A DNA stretch of 64,000 bases from Octopus vulgaris (taxonomy: Eukaryota). Within the stretch, counting starts at the first letter, position 1. Each line of letters opens with the position of its first letter. The position numbers and the translations under genes were made by a program. The notes under the pieces are model-generated. The model had not been told where the DNA came from, did not search any database, and was given only the letters and a program-made list of their open reading frames with translations. Positions 1 to 12,869 of this stretch are shown here, in pieces. The DNA is taken from contig OX597816.1 in NCBI GenBank assembly GCA_951406725.2, forward strand, positions 104,470,001 to 104,534,000. The letters are read 5' to 3'.

Positions 1-3000
1 ATTTGCCATTAAGTAATAGTTTATTGGTTAACGACCAATTCAAAAAATCAATTTATTGAAAATGATAACTTAAAGGCTAGCATTATCAAGCAAACTGTTT
101 CTTAAAAGGTCCACTGAGACTTCATTGTTGCTTTCTTTGTATGCACTAATATATCTCTTAAAATGTCTTGGGAATTGTGTAATTTTGTTTATAAAGAAGC
201 AGTAAGTAAACATGTCTATGACCATGGTGTTCACACACCCTCGCGACTATTCATATTGCTATGGTCGAGGATCAATTTGAATATGGGAAAGTTGACCGTT
301 TTGATAGCAATGGAAGAGTTTGAGTGGCTGAGAGAAAGAGAGAGAGAGAGCAAAAAGATTCAGAGAAAGAAAATAATCGGAAGTTGTAGTGTAGTGGTGT
401 GTGTCTTTGCACATCAGAAGGATTATGGTCTCGCATGTGTTCTGGGATGTTTGCGCCTGTAACGGGAGCAGTGTACCAGCTATGACGGCAATACACAACA
501 TACTTTATATGTGTCCAATATGCTGGAAATCGACTAAATCTCTAACGGGCGAGTTATTTAAATATATATTGATTTTTCTCGCTTTTGTGTGCCTATTATT
601 GCTCTTTTTCTCTGAACAACTGTTTGAAAATGATTCCTTTTAATATGTTCCTGAAATCATACAGGCACAAAATAAGCATAATTTTATTGTCTTAATCGGT
701 GGAAGGTCTCCGTAGGTTGCACTTTGCGTGGAATCAGCAGTTGACAGAAATAAAGCATGAAGTTATCCCCAAATCAGAAACCAGGCCTGAATACTTGCAA
801 CTGAAGGCTGCTTATTGCCAATTTTATTTGATGTCTTCATTCAGTTCTATTCTACATTAAGTGTTGTACTCTGAAACTAGTTATAACTCTATAGTGCTAG
901 TTGATGTTGATTTGGCTCTCATCCATTCAGTAGTTTGGTGACACTCGTGTGGATATTTCTCAAAAATTGCAATTACCTTCTCGCCGAACTTGCTTTCATA
1001 TGTGTTTAATGGAAACTCTCTGGACAACCTCGTTTTTACAGAATCTGTAACTCAAAGTACCATTTCATACACTTCAGTTTCAATCAACTTAACCTTTCCT
1101 TCTAGTTCATTGTCCAGACTTTCAGCGCTACTATATTTAGATGCATTTGTATATATATTTAGATGCATAATTGACATTCTGTGGGTATTATGCACTGTAA
1201 TTCTATAAACACTCTTCAGACACACTCCATTTGTAATAGTGGTAGACAATGTTCGATTGTATTACTACGCAAGGTGTACTAAATTTCTGAACTTGGTCCT
1301 AATAGTAATATTTAATATGCATCGTAATATCATTACTATTATTGCAATTCATAAAATATATAAATTCATCATGCACGAAATAAATCCTGTTTAGAGTTTC
1401 TGTACACTCTTTTTATAAACAATTGCTTTATTATTCACACATTAATATGTTTCCATATCATTGTACTTTCATAGCTTACCATCATTTGTCTGTGAAGCAT
1501 TTCGCTCAGAATATCAGTGCAATAAATAAATAAAAGAATGAAACATTTACGAATCTTTTTTTTTTTTCTTTATGTGGGTTTAGTGTATTTGATGTAAAAA
1601 AAAGCATAGTAGCATAATTGTAAATCGCCAGACAAAATCCCTTTTCGTATTACAATTTTTTTCTTCGTTTCATGACGCAGTTACTCTGTCTTTCATCCTG
1701 TTGAATTCGTTGTATAACTGCCTATTTATATTCGAAGATCGATTCTATATACTTCATCATCAAGCTTCAGTTTATGTGCTTGTGCCAATGAGTGAAATAT
1801 TTTTGTATTTTAACGTTCCATGTTTTCGTTACTGACCCCTTTTTTCGAGAGTTCACTGTAAATATCGTCCCCACTGGTGCATTCATTCTCTTAATTCCAA
1901 TATTCTATAAGCATTTATTTTTCACTGAATATTAAATCTCCGATATGTATTGGAAATGTAGTTACTCATATCAAAAAGGTAGGTTTAAGTTTTCATTAAT
2001 ATTCAGATACACTTTTATTTAGCTATATTGTTTCTTGTTGAATTTTAACATAATTATGTTTACCTTCTATGTCAGACTGTATAATATGTATTTAATAACG
2101 AAACTTTGTCGTTATTTTCCGTCAGTATTTTGTTTTTTGCTAGCAGGAACTAAATTTTAACAATCGGATAACCGCAATATTTTCCAGTTTACATTCTTCC
2201 TCTATCTTTGCCGTTTTGATTTCAATTTTCGTTGACCAGAGTCCATTTATATCACTTATAAGATTTATTTCATAGAAATGTTCCTCGATACATTGATGAA
2301 CTTATTTTCAAATCTTTTTATTCACAGTGGTATTTTAAATTGACTGATTACTGTGTATTTCAACTTCTAGTTGTTCGATTCTTTTAGACACTGAACGTAT
2401 GCAAACAATGAAATCCCAGATGGTCGGTTCTTTAAGTAGCAATAAGTTTTCACCGACAATGTCGTAAATCACAATAACAGAAGCTCTGTTGTTATCTTAT
2501 CAATTCTAATCAGATGGAACATTCCTGCAGCGGTCTTTTACAGAATAAAACATTTTCCTGAATCTTATTATAACCCTTTCAGTCCTAATAATCCTTCTGC
2601 TTAAATTTAAGAATTTTTATTTATCATTTTTATTAGTTTCCTATGTTAAACATGATTGTATTGCGCATGTACTGAGGTTGCTTATTTATTTGTTTATTGC
2701 TGACGGCTTTGTTTTATCAACTTGGAATTAAATTCCCCTTCATCAATTGCCTTTTCTTCAAAGGTGTTGCATATTGATGCAGATTTTCCAGAGCAAAATA
2801 ACTGAATTGCGCATGAAATATTAAGTTCTTTGTGTTATCATAATTTTTTTCTTTTATTGATGATATTCTAGGCAAATCTCTATTTACTACTCTAATGCGA
2901 ATAACAACAGTTGAGATTTGCAGTTGTTGCTTATTTTTCCACCGACATACAAACACCGTTCTACATATTTTTTAGTTGACTTTTGGTTCTATTGTTGCTT

Positions 3001-3260
3001 CCTGTGATGATGTTTGTTACTATCGTCTAGGGAAAAATTTGATATTATTTCGCTCGAATAATAAGGGGTTTGATAATTGAGTTCCACATCAAAATGTAAA
3101 GATGTTAAAAATAGTGGAAACAGATTATCAATTGAGTGGGTATAATATTTAGTTAACTTTGAAGAATAATCCTCTATGACTGGGTGAACGGTTTTGTTTT
3201 TGTGTTTGCAAATATCTTCGTAAAATTTATTCCTTCCTATTTTTATGAAAGTATCCCTCT
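1..3260 (-). pseudogene. Decayed RNF213/mysterin-like coding relic (AAA-proximal part), running off the left edge
   Basis: Manual minus-strand translation gives long protein-like frames broken by stops and frameshifts. Motifs are collinear with RNF213 as recalled from memory: ILLLGP (~1300; cf. EVLLCTP), SVASIQA/SDLGITSCFI (~755-800; cf. IVASERAGVGKSLYV), PPIKTIKL (~680-702; cf. VPLKTIRL), RP*QY...IDMFTY (~200-267; cf. QRPYQY...LDTFQY). The identity is inference and was not searched. Confidence 0.45.
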
Positions 3261-3433
3261 GTGTGTATACAGTGCAGTACTGTTGTATATGTTAATTCAT
3301 ATATTTACAGAGGACATGCTATGATCAATACATGTTATTGCACTCTATACATGCATATGCACCAACATATGTAAACGCACGTATATAAACGCAAGAGCGT
3401 GAACGAAACTAATGTACACGTTGGAAAATTATA

Positions 3434-3836
3434 ATCATTTTTACTAAAGGAACAAGGCTAGAGAGTTTGGTTGAGGAGGCCAGTCGAATAGATTGACCCC
3501 AGTATGCAACTGGTACTTAATTTATCGACCCCGAAAGGATGAAAGGCGAAGTCGACCTCGGCAGAATTTGAAGTCAGAACGTAGCGACAGACGAAATACC
3601 TATTTCCTTACTACCCACAAGGGGCTAAACACCGAGAGCACAAACAAGGAGAGACAAACGGATTAAGTCGATTATATCGATCCCTATGCGTAACTGGTAC
3701 TTATTTAATCGACCCCGAAAGGATGAAAGGCAAAGTCGACCTCGGAGGAATTTGAACTCAGAACGTAGCGGCAGACGAAATACCACTAAGCATTTCGCCC
3801 GGCGCGCTAACAATTCTGCCAGCTCGCCGCCATAAA
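3434..3836 (-). mobile_element. tRNA-derived SINE, family C (body GCCTTTCATCCTTTCGGGGTCGATAAA-AAGTACCAG), with internally duplicated body
   Basis: Minus-strand head GGCGGCGAGCTGGCAGAATTGTTAG with a GAGTTCAAATT B-box; body present twice; 13-bp TSD TTGGAAAATTATA at 3421-3433 and 3837-3849. Confidence 0.85.
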
Positions 3837-4541
3837 TTGGAAAATTATAGTTATAATGACTGACAATAATTCAGATTTGCCAACTATTTAGTCGTCATGC
3901 ACACGATTTTAAAATTTCCTCATCGCGGAACCAAAAGGGCCTAGCTAATGACGATTTCATTCCCATCTATGTCATAAGTTAAGTCAGATGAATAGCAGTA
4001 AGTAAGTCAAAGTATTTTAAATCTTTCTAAAACATTTCATTATCTATTTCTGGGTTACAGTGTGAAGAGTGTAAATGTAATGCTGTAATGTAAGTGGAGC
4101 CTGTGGGTATTTCATTTTTGTACGAAATGTTTAGTTCGTATTTTAATTCAATCATTATTTATTTTGTTTTCAATGGGACTGTAGTTTGAGATACCTAGAA
4201 GGGATGGAATTTAGTTACATGATACAGTAGCAGTAAAGAGAGCTGCCTGTAAAAGTTAGTGGTAGAGCAATTAAGTATTATATATAGCATTTGAAATATA
4301 TTTTAGGAACAGAAACACAGTATGGATGGTGAGAATTTAAAATATGGAGGTAACCGGGAAGGTTAGGATGGAAAAGTGTGACCACTGGTATATTCTAAAG
4401 AGGACATTACTCTAGTAAGATATAGATGGAATAAAGAATGATGGATTTTAGATTACTTCCTATAAGGCTACCTTATAAGTGAAGTCTACAATTTTCTTCT
4501 ATACATGAATGCTAGCAATTCAAGAATACCAAATGGATATG

Positions 4542-4839
4542 GTGGAGGCGCAATGGCCCAGTGGTTAGAGCAGCGGACTCGCAGTTGGAAGGTCGTGGTT
4601 TCGATTCTCAGGCCGGGCGTTGTGTGTGTTTATTGAGCGAAAACACGAGGCTCCAGCAGGGGGTGGTGGCGACCCCCGTTGTACTCTTTCGCCACAACTT
4701 TCTCTCACTCTCTCTTCCTATTTCTTGAGTAACGCTGTGATGGACTGGCGTCCCGTCCAGCTGGGGCGGGGGACATATACGCCACGGAAACTGGGAAATC
4801 GGGTCCATGAACCTGGCTAGGCTTGAAAACGGCGACAAA
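4542..4839 (+). mobile_element. tRNA-derived SINE, family A
   Basis: A-box TGGCCCAGTGG and B-box-like GGTTTCGATTC; 11-bp TSD AAATGGATATG at 4531-4541 and 4840-4850; homologous copies at 16682 and 34054. Confidence 0.9.
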
Positions 4840-4994
4840 AAATGGATATGATATCTCATAGTGATGATTACAATGGTAACTGAACCTCTGAATGGAATTT
4901 TTTCTCTGCACTGGTTGGTAAAATTTATGATTGCTTTTGCTACATTTCTTTCTTTCCTTACTTTCGTACTTTTGAAATTTGAAATATTGTTTGG

Positions 4995-5165
4995 TATTTT
5001 TAACTCCCTTACCAATTTTCATATTAGTGTCTTAGTCGTTCGTAGTTGCTATCGTGCTACAGTTGGTACACATTCTCCAATGACTTCACGAAATCTCCTT
5101 CGATTCCCTCCAGTCCTCTGAGTATATATTTAATTTCCACGGAATCAAAAGCTTTTTCAAATGAT
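4995..5165 (-). mobile_element. RTE-type LINE reverse transcriptase fragment
   Basis: Translates to FEKAFDSVEIKYILRGLEGIEGDFVKSLENVY and then, frameshifted, KIGKGVK, matching the non-LTR RT motifs DFEKAFDSV and KGVRQG. Confidence 0.65.
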
Positions 5166-5230
5166 AATGATGATGATGATAATAACAATAATAATAATAA
5201 TAATAATAACAATAATAATAATAATAAAAT
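5160..5230. repeat. (GAT)n/(AAT)n microsatellite
   Basis: Visible trinucleotide run. Confidence 0.9.
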
Positions 5231-5289
5231 ACGGGAAATACAGAAAGCAACAGTATAAGTCAATGCATTACGAAGTGAGAAAAGGAAGA

Positions 5290-8200
5290 AGCTTATTTTT
5301 TATGCTTAGAACTGAAGTACCCAGACATTGAAACCTCTATTGCAAACTTGGATTGAAGTGATTACAGGTTGATATGGTTGGATGTTAAGATTTTCGTAAT
5401 GATAATGATAAAGTTATTTATCCTTATATGCTATTTTGGTGCAATGCCATCTTTGTCTATGCTTGCGTTGTTGCTTTTTCCAATTTATCAGTGTTGTCTA
5501 CATCTACAGTAATACTCGTCTCAATTACTTTTATTCTATGAGAAAGATCCATAGGAAAGTCTGTTGCGCTTATCTTGATAACACACTACAGCTTAAACAA
5601 TTCTGGAAGATTCTGAAGCTTTTTCATATTCTTCAAATATCTGTTTCCCAAATAGCTTATTCTTCCTTCACATTTAGTCCGAAATTTACGCTTATGATAT
5701 ACAAGTTTTCTTATATTTATATATAGAAATTTCAAGAACTCATATAGAAATTTAAACAACTCTCTTAAATATAGAACTGAACTCATATTTTGTTGATGCA
5801 ACTTGTAATATTGCTGGTAATAGTCGAACTGAGGGAGCATTTTTTCCACAATCTGACAATGAAAAGTTAGCTATTAACCTGACAGATAGCTCATAAAAAT
5901 AACACTGGCATCCTTGATGGTGCATTTCAATCAACTTAATCGTTGTCATAAAACTTGTAATGTTAAATGATTGAAACATGAATACGTAAACTTAAGTGTA
6001 TTTTCCAACTACAGAAAATTCATAAATCGAAATGGGAAATCACATAGATATGTATAATGTATTATGAAACCGCTAGCCATAATATGGTGATAAAGTATTC
6101 ATAATTTTACCTATCTTTTTAACTAACACATTATGAACTAACATCTGGGTCTCAGGATATTTTTCTTGGAAGTAGAAATTATTCAAATCACTTATCTGTA
6201 TTCGAATAAAGTTGCAAATTTCTTCTTATGCCAAATAATATTATTATTTCAAACAAAACAAAACAATGTGATATCCTTTTTTATTAGGTTTATTCTCAAT
6301 AACTCCTAGAGTCAAAGATGCGTGCATCCCGCTAGATAATTGTCGCGAAGAATCTACAGGAATTTTCTTGAAAAGCCCTGTAAAAGGTGGTTACAATTAT
6401 CATCCGCAGACTGGCATCAAATCTACAATAGAAAAAATGGTTTCAGAACCTCGTGAAATTATCTTCAATCAAGAAATCCAAAGAGACTTCAGGACATAAG
6501 ATATTATCCCAAAACTTTTATTTCTTTTTGTCCGGAATTTCAGAAGAATTACTGTAAAATATGTGGTAAGATTCTGACAATAATTATCATCTGATATTGC
6601 TTTGTGTTTGAAGCCATTTCATTCTTTCTTTCATGTTTACTTTACAGGTAAAAGAATCCCATACAAATTTTTATCTGCAAAGTAAAAGAACGAATGTAGA
6701 CATATTTTCTTACCTTACCTGTACCTTCAATAGAGCATAACATCCGTTTCGTGTTTGTATTAGATCAACTTTTAACTTCAAATTATAATTACCACCTGCA
6801 AGATCTTATCATTGTCATTCCTATTTGTACAAACACCTTTTATTCTTCAAAAATTAAGCGTTTGGTATATATGCTTGCCTCAATATCTTTACTGGAATTC
6901 TATAAGGCTAACAATAAATGAAAGTTTATTTGAGAATAAACTTTTAAAGCATATTGTATTTTGTACCAATGGAACATGATAGCATCTCAAGAATCAATAC
7001 GAATGCTATTACCAATATTTTGATTTTACGAATGAATATTACCACAAGGATTGTTCTCGACACATCAAACAGAAGTGGGCTTTCTAATATTCCGTATGAA
7101 TGTATTATAGCGAGGTTATTTCCGTTCACAAGTGCATGTAAAATGTGAGGATGCGTTTATAACCTGTTAGATCTTGTAAGCGAGTTCAACACGGTAGATT
7201 TTAATCGTATATGGATTTTGTATTTTGTGAATTGCAAAATGTACTAAAAAGTGAAGAAAATATGTTTTCCTGTGGTTTTATAGAGGTTTACAGTTTTCCA
7301 CGTTGAAGAGGATGTCCAAGCAAGGTGCAGTAGAATCTCGTTGTGTCATTAAGGAAAATAATTTATATGTTTAGTGCTCACAATTATGAAAATGGCTAAA
7401 AGTTAATTTGTTGTCTGCAGAAAACAGAGATGCGCGGAGGATTGTATGGAGAGGAAAATTTTCCCTCTGTACATCGAAGGCATAACTAAAAAGCTGCTGT
7501 TAGTGTTATTGAGATGATCTATGAGTTCAGATCAACTATGATAGATCATAGTATAGACAAACTGATCATCCAGTCTTTTTTTCAAATAGTATATTTAATA
7601 TTAGATTAGTCACTAGCATGTTTTTTTTTTCTGTGAAATTTGGCTGCAATTTTCAGTCGGTTGATTGGCCATGAAGGAGATCACCTCTTTAACACGTTGT
7701 TGTTGACGATGATGTTGTCGTTCTTGTTGCATTATGGTGTTTTGTTGGACATCTATTTCAAGTAGATGTGAAGTTTAGATGGAAGTAATATAATATACAG
7801 TCATACGATAAATGTTTGAATTCAGTTTCAGAGATATCCGTGGATTTTGTTTTGTTTTTGTTTTATTACTTGTAAGTAATTGCTATCATGGCAAGTCTGG
7901 ACAGATTGCAACTACAGGTTTTTATATGATTGGGTTATTAAGAGTATTAATTCTCACATCAAAATGGAACTATTTTCTGATATGCGTTAGAAACTCAGCA
8001 TTTTCAATTTGAAGAAATAAGGAATATATTATTACCATCTTTATGCATCGAATGAAATTTGGGAATATTTTGTAGTATTATGTATAAGAAATGACATCTT
8101 TGAACATAATGTCAAAGAATAAAATTTCTTGAAAAATTGTGTATTTCGATACATGGATTCGTCCGAATGATTAGAAATATATCTGTAACTCACAGAGCAA

Positions 8201-9200
8201 GCCAGCAAAGAATATGGTTATTGGGAAGTGATTCGCTTGGTAAATATGAAGTTCACATTTACATAGATCTCTTGTTTAGATCTCCTGTTTTCCTATAAAA
8301 CATTGGCTTCAAAATGTGTTTTAAAATATAATTCACTTACAAATCCATGGGTTTTTGCTGTCTTGTTAACTTCGATTTAGTTTTATCAGAAAACTGAAAT
8401 TCATCATCGTTAGTAGTGATCAGTTAGAATGGAACTGTTAGAAGTGAAAAATTAAAGGGACGTGATTCCATTGTGACATGTAAGTTACGTTTATTTTACA
8501 TACGTATAAAAACATGCAAAATGAAAATTCTTTTATTAGAGGCTGTAGCTATAAATTGTTTTAATGGCCATGTTGCTTTTAGTTTACCACAAATAGAAAA
8601 ATCATTTTAGCTAAAACAAAACAAAAATAAAACCAGAAAGCATAGAATTTTTCTAAATTTGTATACTAATGTAATTCCTCGGGATGGGCTTTCTGAAAAA
8701 TACCAGATTTCCAAAGTTTGACACACAACTTGTTATGCTGAATCTAAAATTACCAGGTCTTGTTTTTGGACACAAGTTTTCTGCCATTGCACAAATGTTT
8801 CGCTACAACACTACTGTGAACGTCCACGTAATATCGTATTGGGTATACAACGAAGAGCATCATGATGAAAGTAGTGATTAAGGAGTAGGACTAGATTTTC
8901 TTGAAATGTCTTAAATATGCTTCATTTCACTGCCATTCTGAGTTACAAATTCTTTACTATTAAACTGGATTTACCACCAAATTTGGAATACTTAAAGTAA
9001 TCGTCAAATTAAGAAATTCTCTGATTTATAAAATTCTTCTAGATATAGCAATGTAACTATTTAGACCTTCTCTCACTTGAAGAATTGTGTCAACTATCGC
9101 TCAGTGAGCAGGATATAAATATTACTCATGCATTCGAATGTTCGTATGGCGTTAATTTAAGATGATGGATAGTTTTTGTTAAATATAGCATGACAGATGC
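5290..9200 (-). pseudogene. Decayed coding relic, probably the N-terminal part of the RNF213-like pseudogene
   Basis: Microsatellite-free 4 kb with broken protein-like minus frames (e.g. YLKNMKKLQNLPELFKL*CVIKIS; LYTQYDITW at ~8830, weakly like RNF213 N-terminal WHQYDDI). Same strand as, and upstream of, the 1-3260 relic. Confidence 0.3.
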
Positions 9201-9357
9201 AGCTAAGAGATAAAAAAGAACCAAACAACGTATTCTCAATATAATGCAGAGAAATATTATTTTTACTTTAGTCCTTAAAGTTATGAAGCAGATTATAAAA
9301 TACAGTATTTAATTTTTTTATATTTATCAGTGAAAGCGGAAAAAGCACTGTATACGC

Positions 9358-9548
9358 ACCTACCTACCTACCTAGTTACCTACCTGCCTACCTACCTACA
9401 TACCTGACTACCTACCTACCAACATACCTGACTACTTACCTAACTACCTGCCTACCTACCTACATAGGTAGCTACAAACATAGCTACCTACCTGCTTACG
9501 TACCTACGTACCTACGTACCTACCTACATACATACATACATACATACA

Positions 9549-9577
<29 letters not shown>
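9358..9577. repeat. Compound (CCTA)n to (CATA)n microsatellite
   Basis: Visible tetranucleotide array that changes unit along its length. Confidence 0.9.
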
Positions 9578-9579
<2 letters not shown>

Positions 9580-9874
9580 GCGTTGTGGAATTGGCAGAGT
9601 CATTACAGATTTGAATAGAATGACTGGTTGTATATGTTCCGGTTCTCAGCGATTTAATTTGAAAACGCACCCAGTTCTACTTTCAGATTCGATAAAAATA
9701 TGTAACAGTACAAAATCACGGTATGGTGAAAAGGGACGGGCAAGATTCCTTGTGTTGTCTGCTCCAACTATTGTGTTGCTTGAAAAATTCGTTCTGTTTT
9801 TTTTTTAACCATTAGTCAATCATATATACTCCTCCATTATTTATTTCTTGCATGCTTTTCACTAGCTTGTTAGT

Positions 9875-10459
9875 GCTTTGAAAGTATACATCACCGGATC
9901 TTGACACGAAAATTTCATCGAGCCATGAGGGCACTCACTAAACGAACTGAAGGCATGACTGATCTCGATTAGTGGGACCGCCTTAAAGCCTTGAAACTCT
10001 ACTCTCTCCAGCGCCGCCGCGAACGGTACATCATTTGTACGATGTGGAGAATATACCCCCAGCATTGCCCACCCGACCAGAACATTAGTTTCAAGGTTCA
10101 TCTAAGGCTGGGACCACGGGCTATACGTCCCCTGCCCAATTGAGGATCACAACATATAGGTACACTGCGACACAATTTCTTTTCTTCAGCAGGCCCTACC
10201 CTGTTTAACATTGTCCCGAAAGAGATCAAAGAGGAAAAGTATCCCGTCACCTTTAAACAGAGTCTGGACGCATTTCTTCAAGTAATACCGGATAAGCCAC
10301 CCATACCTGAATACAACTCACTCAACAAGAACTCACTACTTGAATGGACCATAAACAAAACTTGACTTAAACAGGATTTAGACAATCCTACCAGGTTGTG
10401 CTATTAAGTTAGACATGCCCAGGACCAATCTTTGGTGGAAACATATCTAAGTTTATTTA

Positions 10460-10465
<6 letters not shown>
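9875..10465 (+). mobile_element. 5'-truncated CR1-group LINE (3' end of ORF2 plus 3'UTR)
   Basis: Translates to LKALKLYSLQRRRERYIICTMWRI and HNFFSSAGPTLFNIVPKEIK...FKQSLDAFLQVIPDKP...NSLLEW, typical of CR1-like ORF2 C-termini; short TAAGTTTA tandem tail. Confidence 0.8.
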
Positions 10466-10509
<44 letters not shown>

Positions 10510-10510
<1 letters not shown>

Positions 10511-11794
10511 GAGGGGCGTTCAATAAGTAATGCCCCTGATCCACTTGAAGTTGGTCGATCTAGCTGAAATTTTGCATATGCAATTACTTATATCTCTAGG
10601 TGGCAAATTACAGCTCTGAACTAATTGTGGTTTCTGATTTACAGGTGTTTGAACTGAGTCAAGTGTGAAAAGGAGTCTGTTGAATGTCGAGCAGTGATCC
10701 GGTTTTTGTATTTGAAAGGACGCACACCACGGGAGACTTTTGAGGAAATGAAAGTAACTTATTGTGATAATGCCCCATCATATGACCTTGTAAAACGCTG
10801 GCATCGTGAATTCAAACATGGTTGGAACTCTGTGAAAACAGCTCCCAGATCTGGTCGCCTCCTTCTGCCATTGATGAGGCATCTTTCCGTCAAGTTGAGG
10901 CTGCCATTTTGGAAGATCGACGCATAACTATTCGCGAAATAGCCCATGAGGCTCAAGATTAGTACCGGGTCTGTGGAAACTATCATTCATGACCATTTGC
11001 ATATGCAAAAGGTGTCTGCCAGATGGATTCCCAGGTTGCTCACATCTTTCCAGAAGCAAGAACGCGTCGATTGCTCGAGGATGAATTTGGAGATGTGCCA
11101 AGAAGATGAGTCAAAATTTTTCAAAAGACTGATTACACAGGATGAAACCTGAGTCCATCACTATGATCCAGAGACCAAAGCCCAATCAATGCAGTGGAAG
11201 CACCGTGACTCCCCTCCTCCAAAGAAGGCAAGGGTGCAGCCCTCCACTGGCAAGGTCATGCTCACAGTCTTCTGGGACAAGGACGGAGTAGTGATGACAG
11301 ATTTCCTGGCAAATGGTGCCACAATTACAGGAGCCTATTATGCTTCATTTTTGAGGAAATTAAGAGAAGCTATCAAAATCTAGAGGCGGGGCAAGATCAG
11401 CAAAGGCATCCTCCTCCTGCAGGACAACGCTCTGGTCCACAACTCGCGTGTCGCCAGATCAGAAGCACAGGCATGCGGCTATAAACTCCTCCCCCATCCC
11501 CCATCTCTTCTGACCTTGCACCTTCTGATTTTCACCTCTTCCCAGCCATGGAGTTGTTTTTGAAAGGAAAGCGTTTCCCAGATGATGCAGCCTTGATTTC
11601 TGAAGTCACGTCGTGGCTGGAGGACCAAGCTGGTGTCTTCTACAGAAACGGTCTTCAGAGCTGCATCAAACGATGGCAGAAATGCGTAACTCTGGGTGCT
11701 TTCTATGTAGAAAAAGACTAATAACTGTGCCAAGTTTCGTTGCTCTACTGCTATGGGAAGTGGGTCAGGGGCATTACTTATTGAACGCCCCTCG
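10510..11794 (+). mobile_element. Full-length defective mariner DNA transposon (irritans-like)
   Basis: 37-bp TIRs CGAGGGGCGTTCAATAAGTAATGCCCCTGA(T/C)CCACTT with one mismatch, TA on both sides, 1285 bp long. Confidence 0.97.
10670..11721 (+). pseudogene. mariner transposase (D,D34D type), disrupted
   Basis: HTH N-terminus (RAVIRFLYLKG...KRWHREF), WIPRLL, TQDET*VHHYDPE, LLLQDNA and DLAPSDFHLF motifs across frameshifts and stops; the start ATG appears mutated to AAG. Confidence 0.93.
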
Positions 11795-11795
11795 T

Positions 11796-12033
11796 ATATA
11801 TATAGAAAATAGTAAAGAGTGAAAAAACTACAGAAGGCTTGTTTTATAAGGTTAAAGAATATATTTGAGTCATTATGTTAGAAGATTGTTATGAAATTTG
11901 TTCATACAGTAACATAGTTTTGTATGAAGAAATTTTATAACATTCTTCTAACATAATGACTCAAATATATTCTTTAACCTTATAAAACAAGCCTTCTGTA
12001 GTTTTTTCACTCTTTACTATTTTCTATATATAT
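11796..12033. repeat. Fold-back palindrome with perfect 90-bp arms
   Basis: 11796-11885 is the exact reverse complement of 11944-12033; the inner spacer is also imperfectly self-complementary. Confidence 0.95.
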
Positions 12034-12066
12034 TGAACCACGTGCTTTCACACACCAACTTTCTCA

Positions 12067-12069
<3 letters not shown>

Positions 12070-12135
<66 letters not shown>

Positions 12136-12192
12136 GTATGTATGCATGTATGTATGTATGTATGTATGTATGTATGTATGTATGTATGTATG

Positions 12193-12221
<29 letters not shown>
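12070..12221. repeat. (TA)n/(TATG)n microsatellite
   Basis: Visible. Confidence 0.95.
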
Positions 12222-12222
<1 letters not shown>

Positions 12223-12223
<1 letters not shown>

Positions 12224-12440
12224 GGGCGGAGGAACTCTTGAGAGTCAACTGCCATCCAATAAATGTCTTAGGGCTGTATCATGCGCGGGGACATAGAAAG
12301 AATCGGACTGAATACCCGATCGCGCGTTTAAACCATTGGGAGTGAAGGACTCCTAGCCTTTGTTAGGGCATCCTTCTAGGAGAGGGTAACTCAGGTAACT
12401 GGGATAACTCCGACATAAAACCTGCGGCTTTAATGGTTAA
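12223..12440 (+). mobile_element. Possible RTE LINE 5'UTR fragment
   Basis: GGCATCCTTCTAGGAGAGGGTAACTC...TAAAACC resembles the conserved 5'UTR block of RTE elements as recalled; GC-richer island. Confidence 0.35.
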
Positions 12441-12499
12441 GAAATATATAAAAGTCACAGGGACATTGAAAAAAGGTAGAGTGGCAAAAGGAGGGTATC

Positions 12500-12869
12500 T
12501 TTCATTGTTTACTTGTTAACAGTCATTAGATTGTTGCCATACCCTGAGGCAACACCTTGAGGAATTTTTAGTCGAATGAATTGACCCCAGTATTTGTTAT
12601 TGTCGAATTGCTAAGTTACAAGGGTGTAAACACACCAGCAGCGGTGGGAGGACAAACAGAGACAAAGACGCCAGCGTGGGCGCGGGCGCGCGTGCACACC
12701 CACATACGACGGGCTTCATTCAGTTTCCGCGTACCAAATCCACTCGCAATCCTTTGGTCATCCCGAGGCTATAGTAGAAGACACTTGCCCAAGGGGCCAC
12801 GCTGTGGGATTGAACTCGGAACAATATGATAGGAAAGCAAACTTCTTGCCACACAGTCACGCCTGCACC
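12500..12869 (-). mobile_element. tRNA-derived SINE, family D (CORE-like CCTTGGGCAAGTGTCTTC body)
   Basis: Minus head AGGCGTGACTGTGTGG, GAGTTCAATCCC B-box and CCTTGGGCAAGTG core; related copies at 15120, 20103, 43882 and 62366. Confidence 0.8.

Noticed and set aside
3480-3790. Repeated GACCCCGAAAGGATGAAAGG as a CRISPR repeat or hammerhead
   Set aside because: Only two units, part of a SINE body; no spacers, cas genes or CTGANGA core.
4542-4620. tRNA gene
   Set aside because: The A/B boxes continue into a repeated SINE body with TSDs; no proper acceptor stem.
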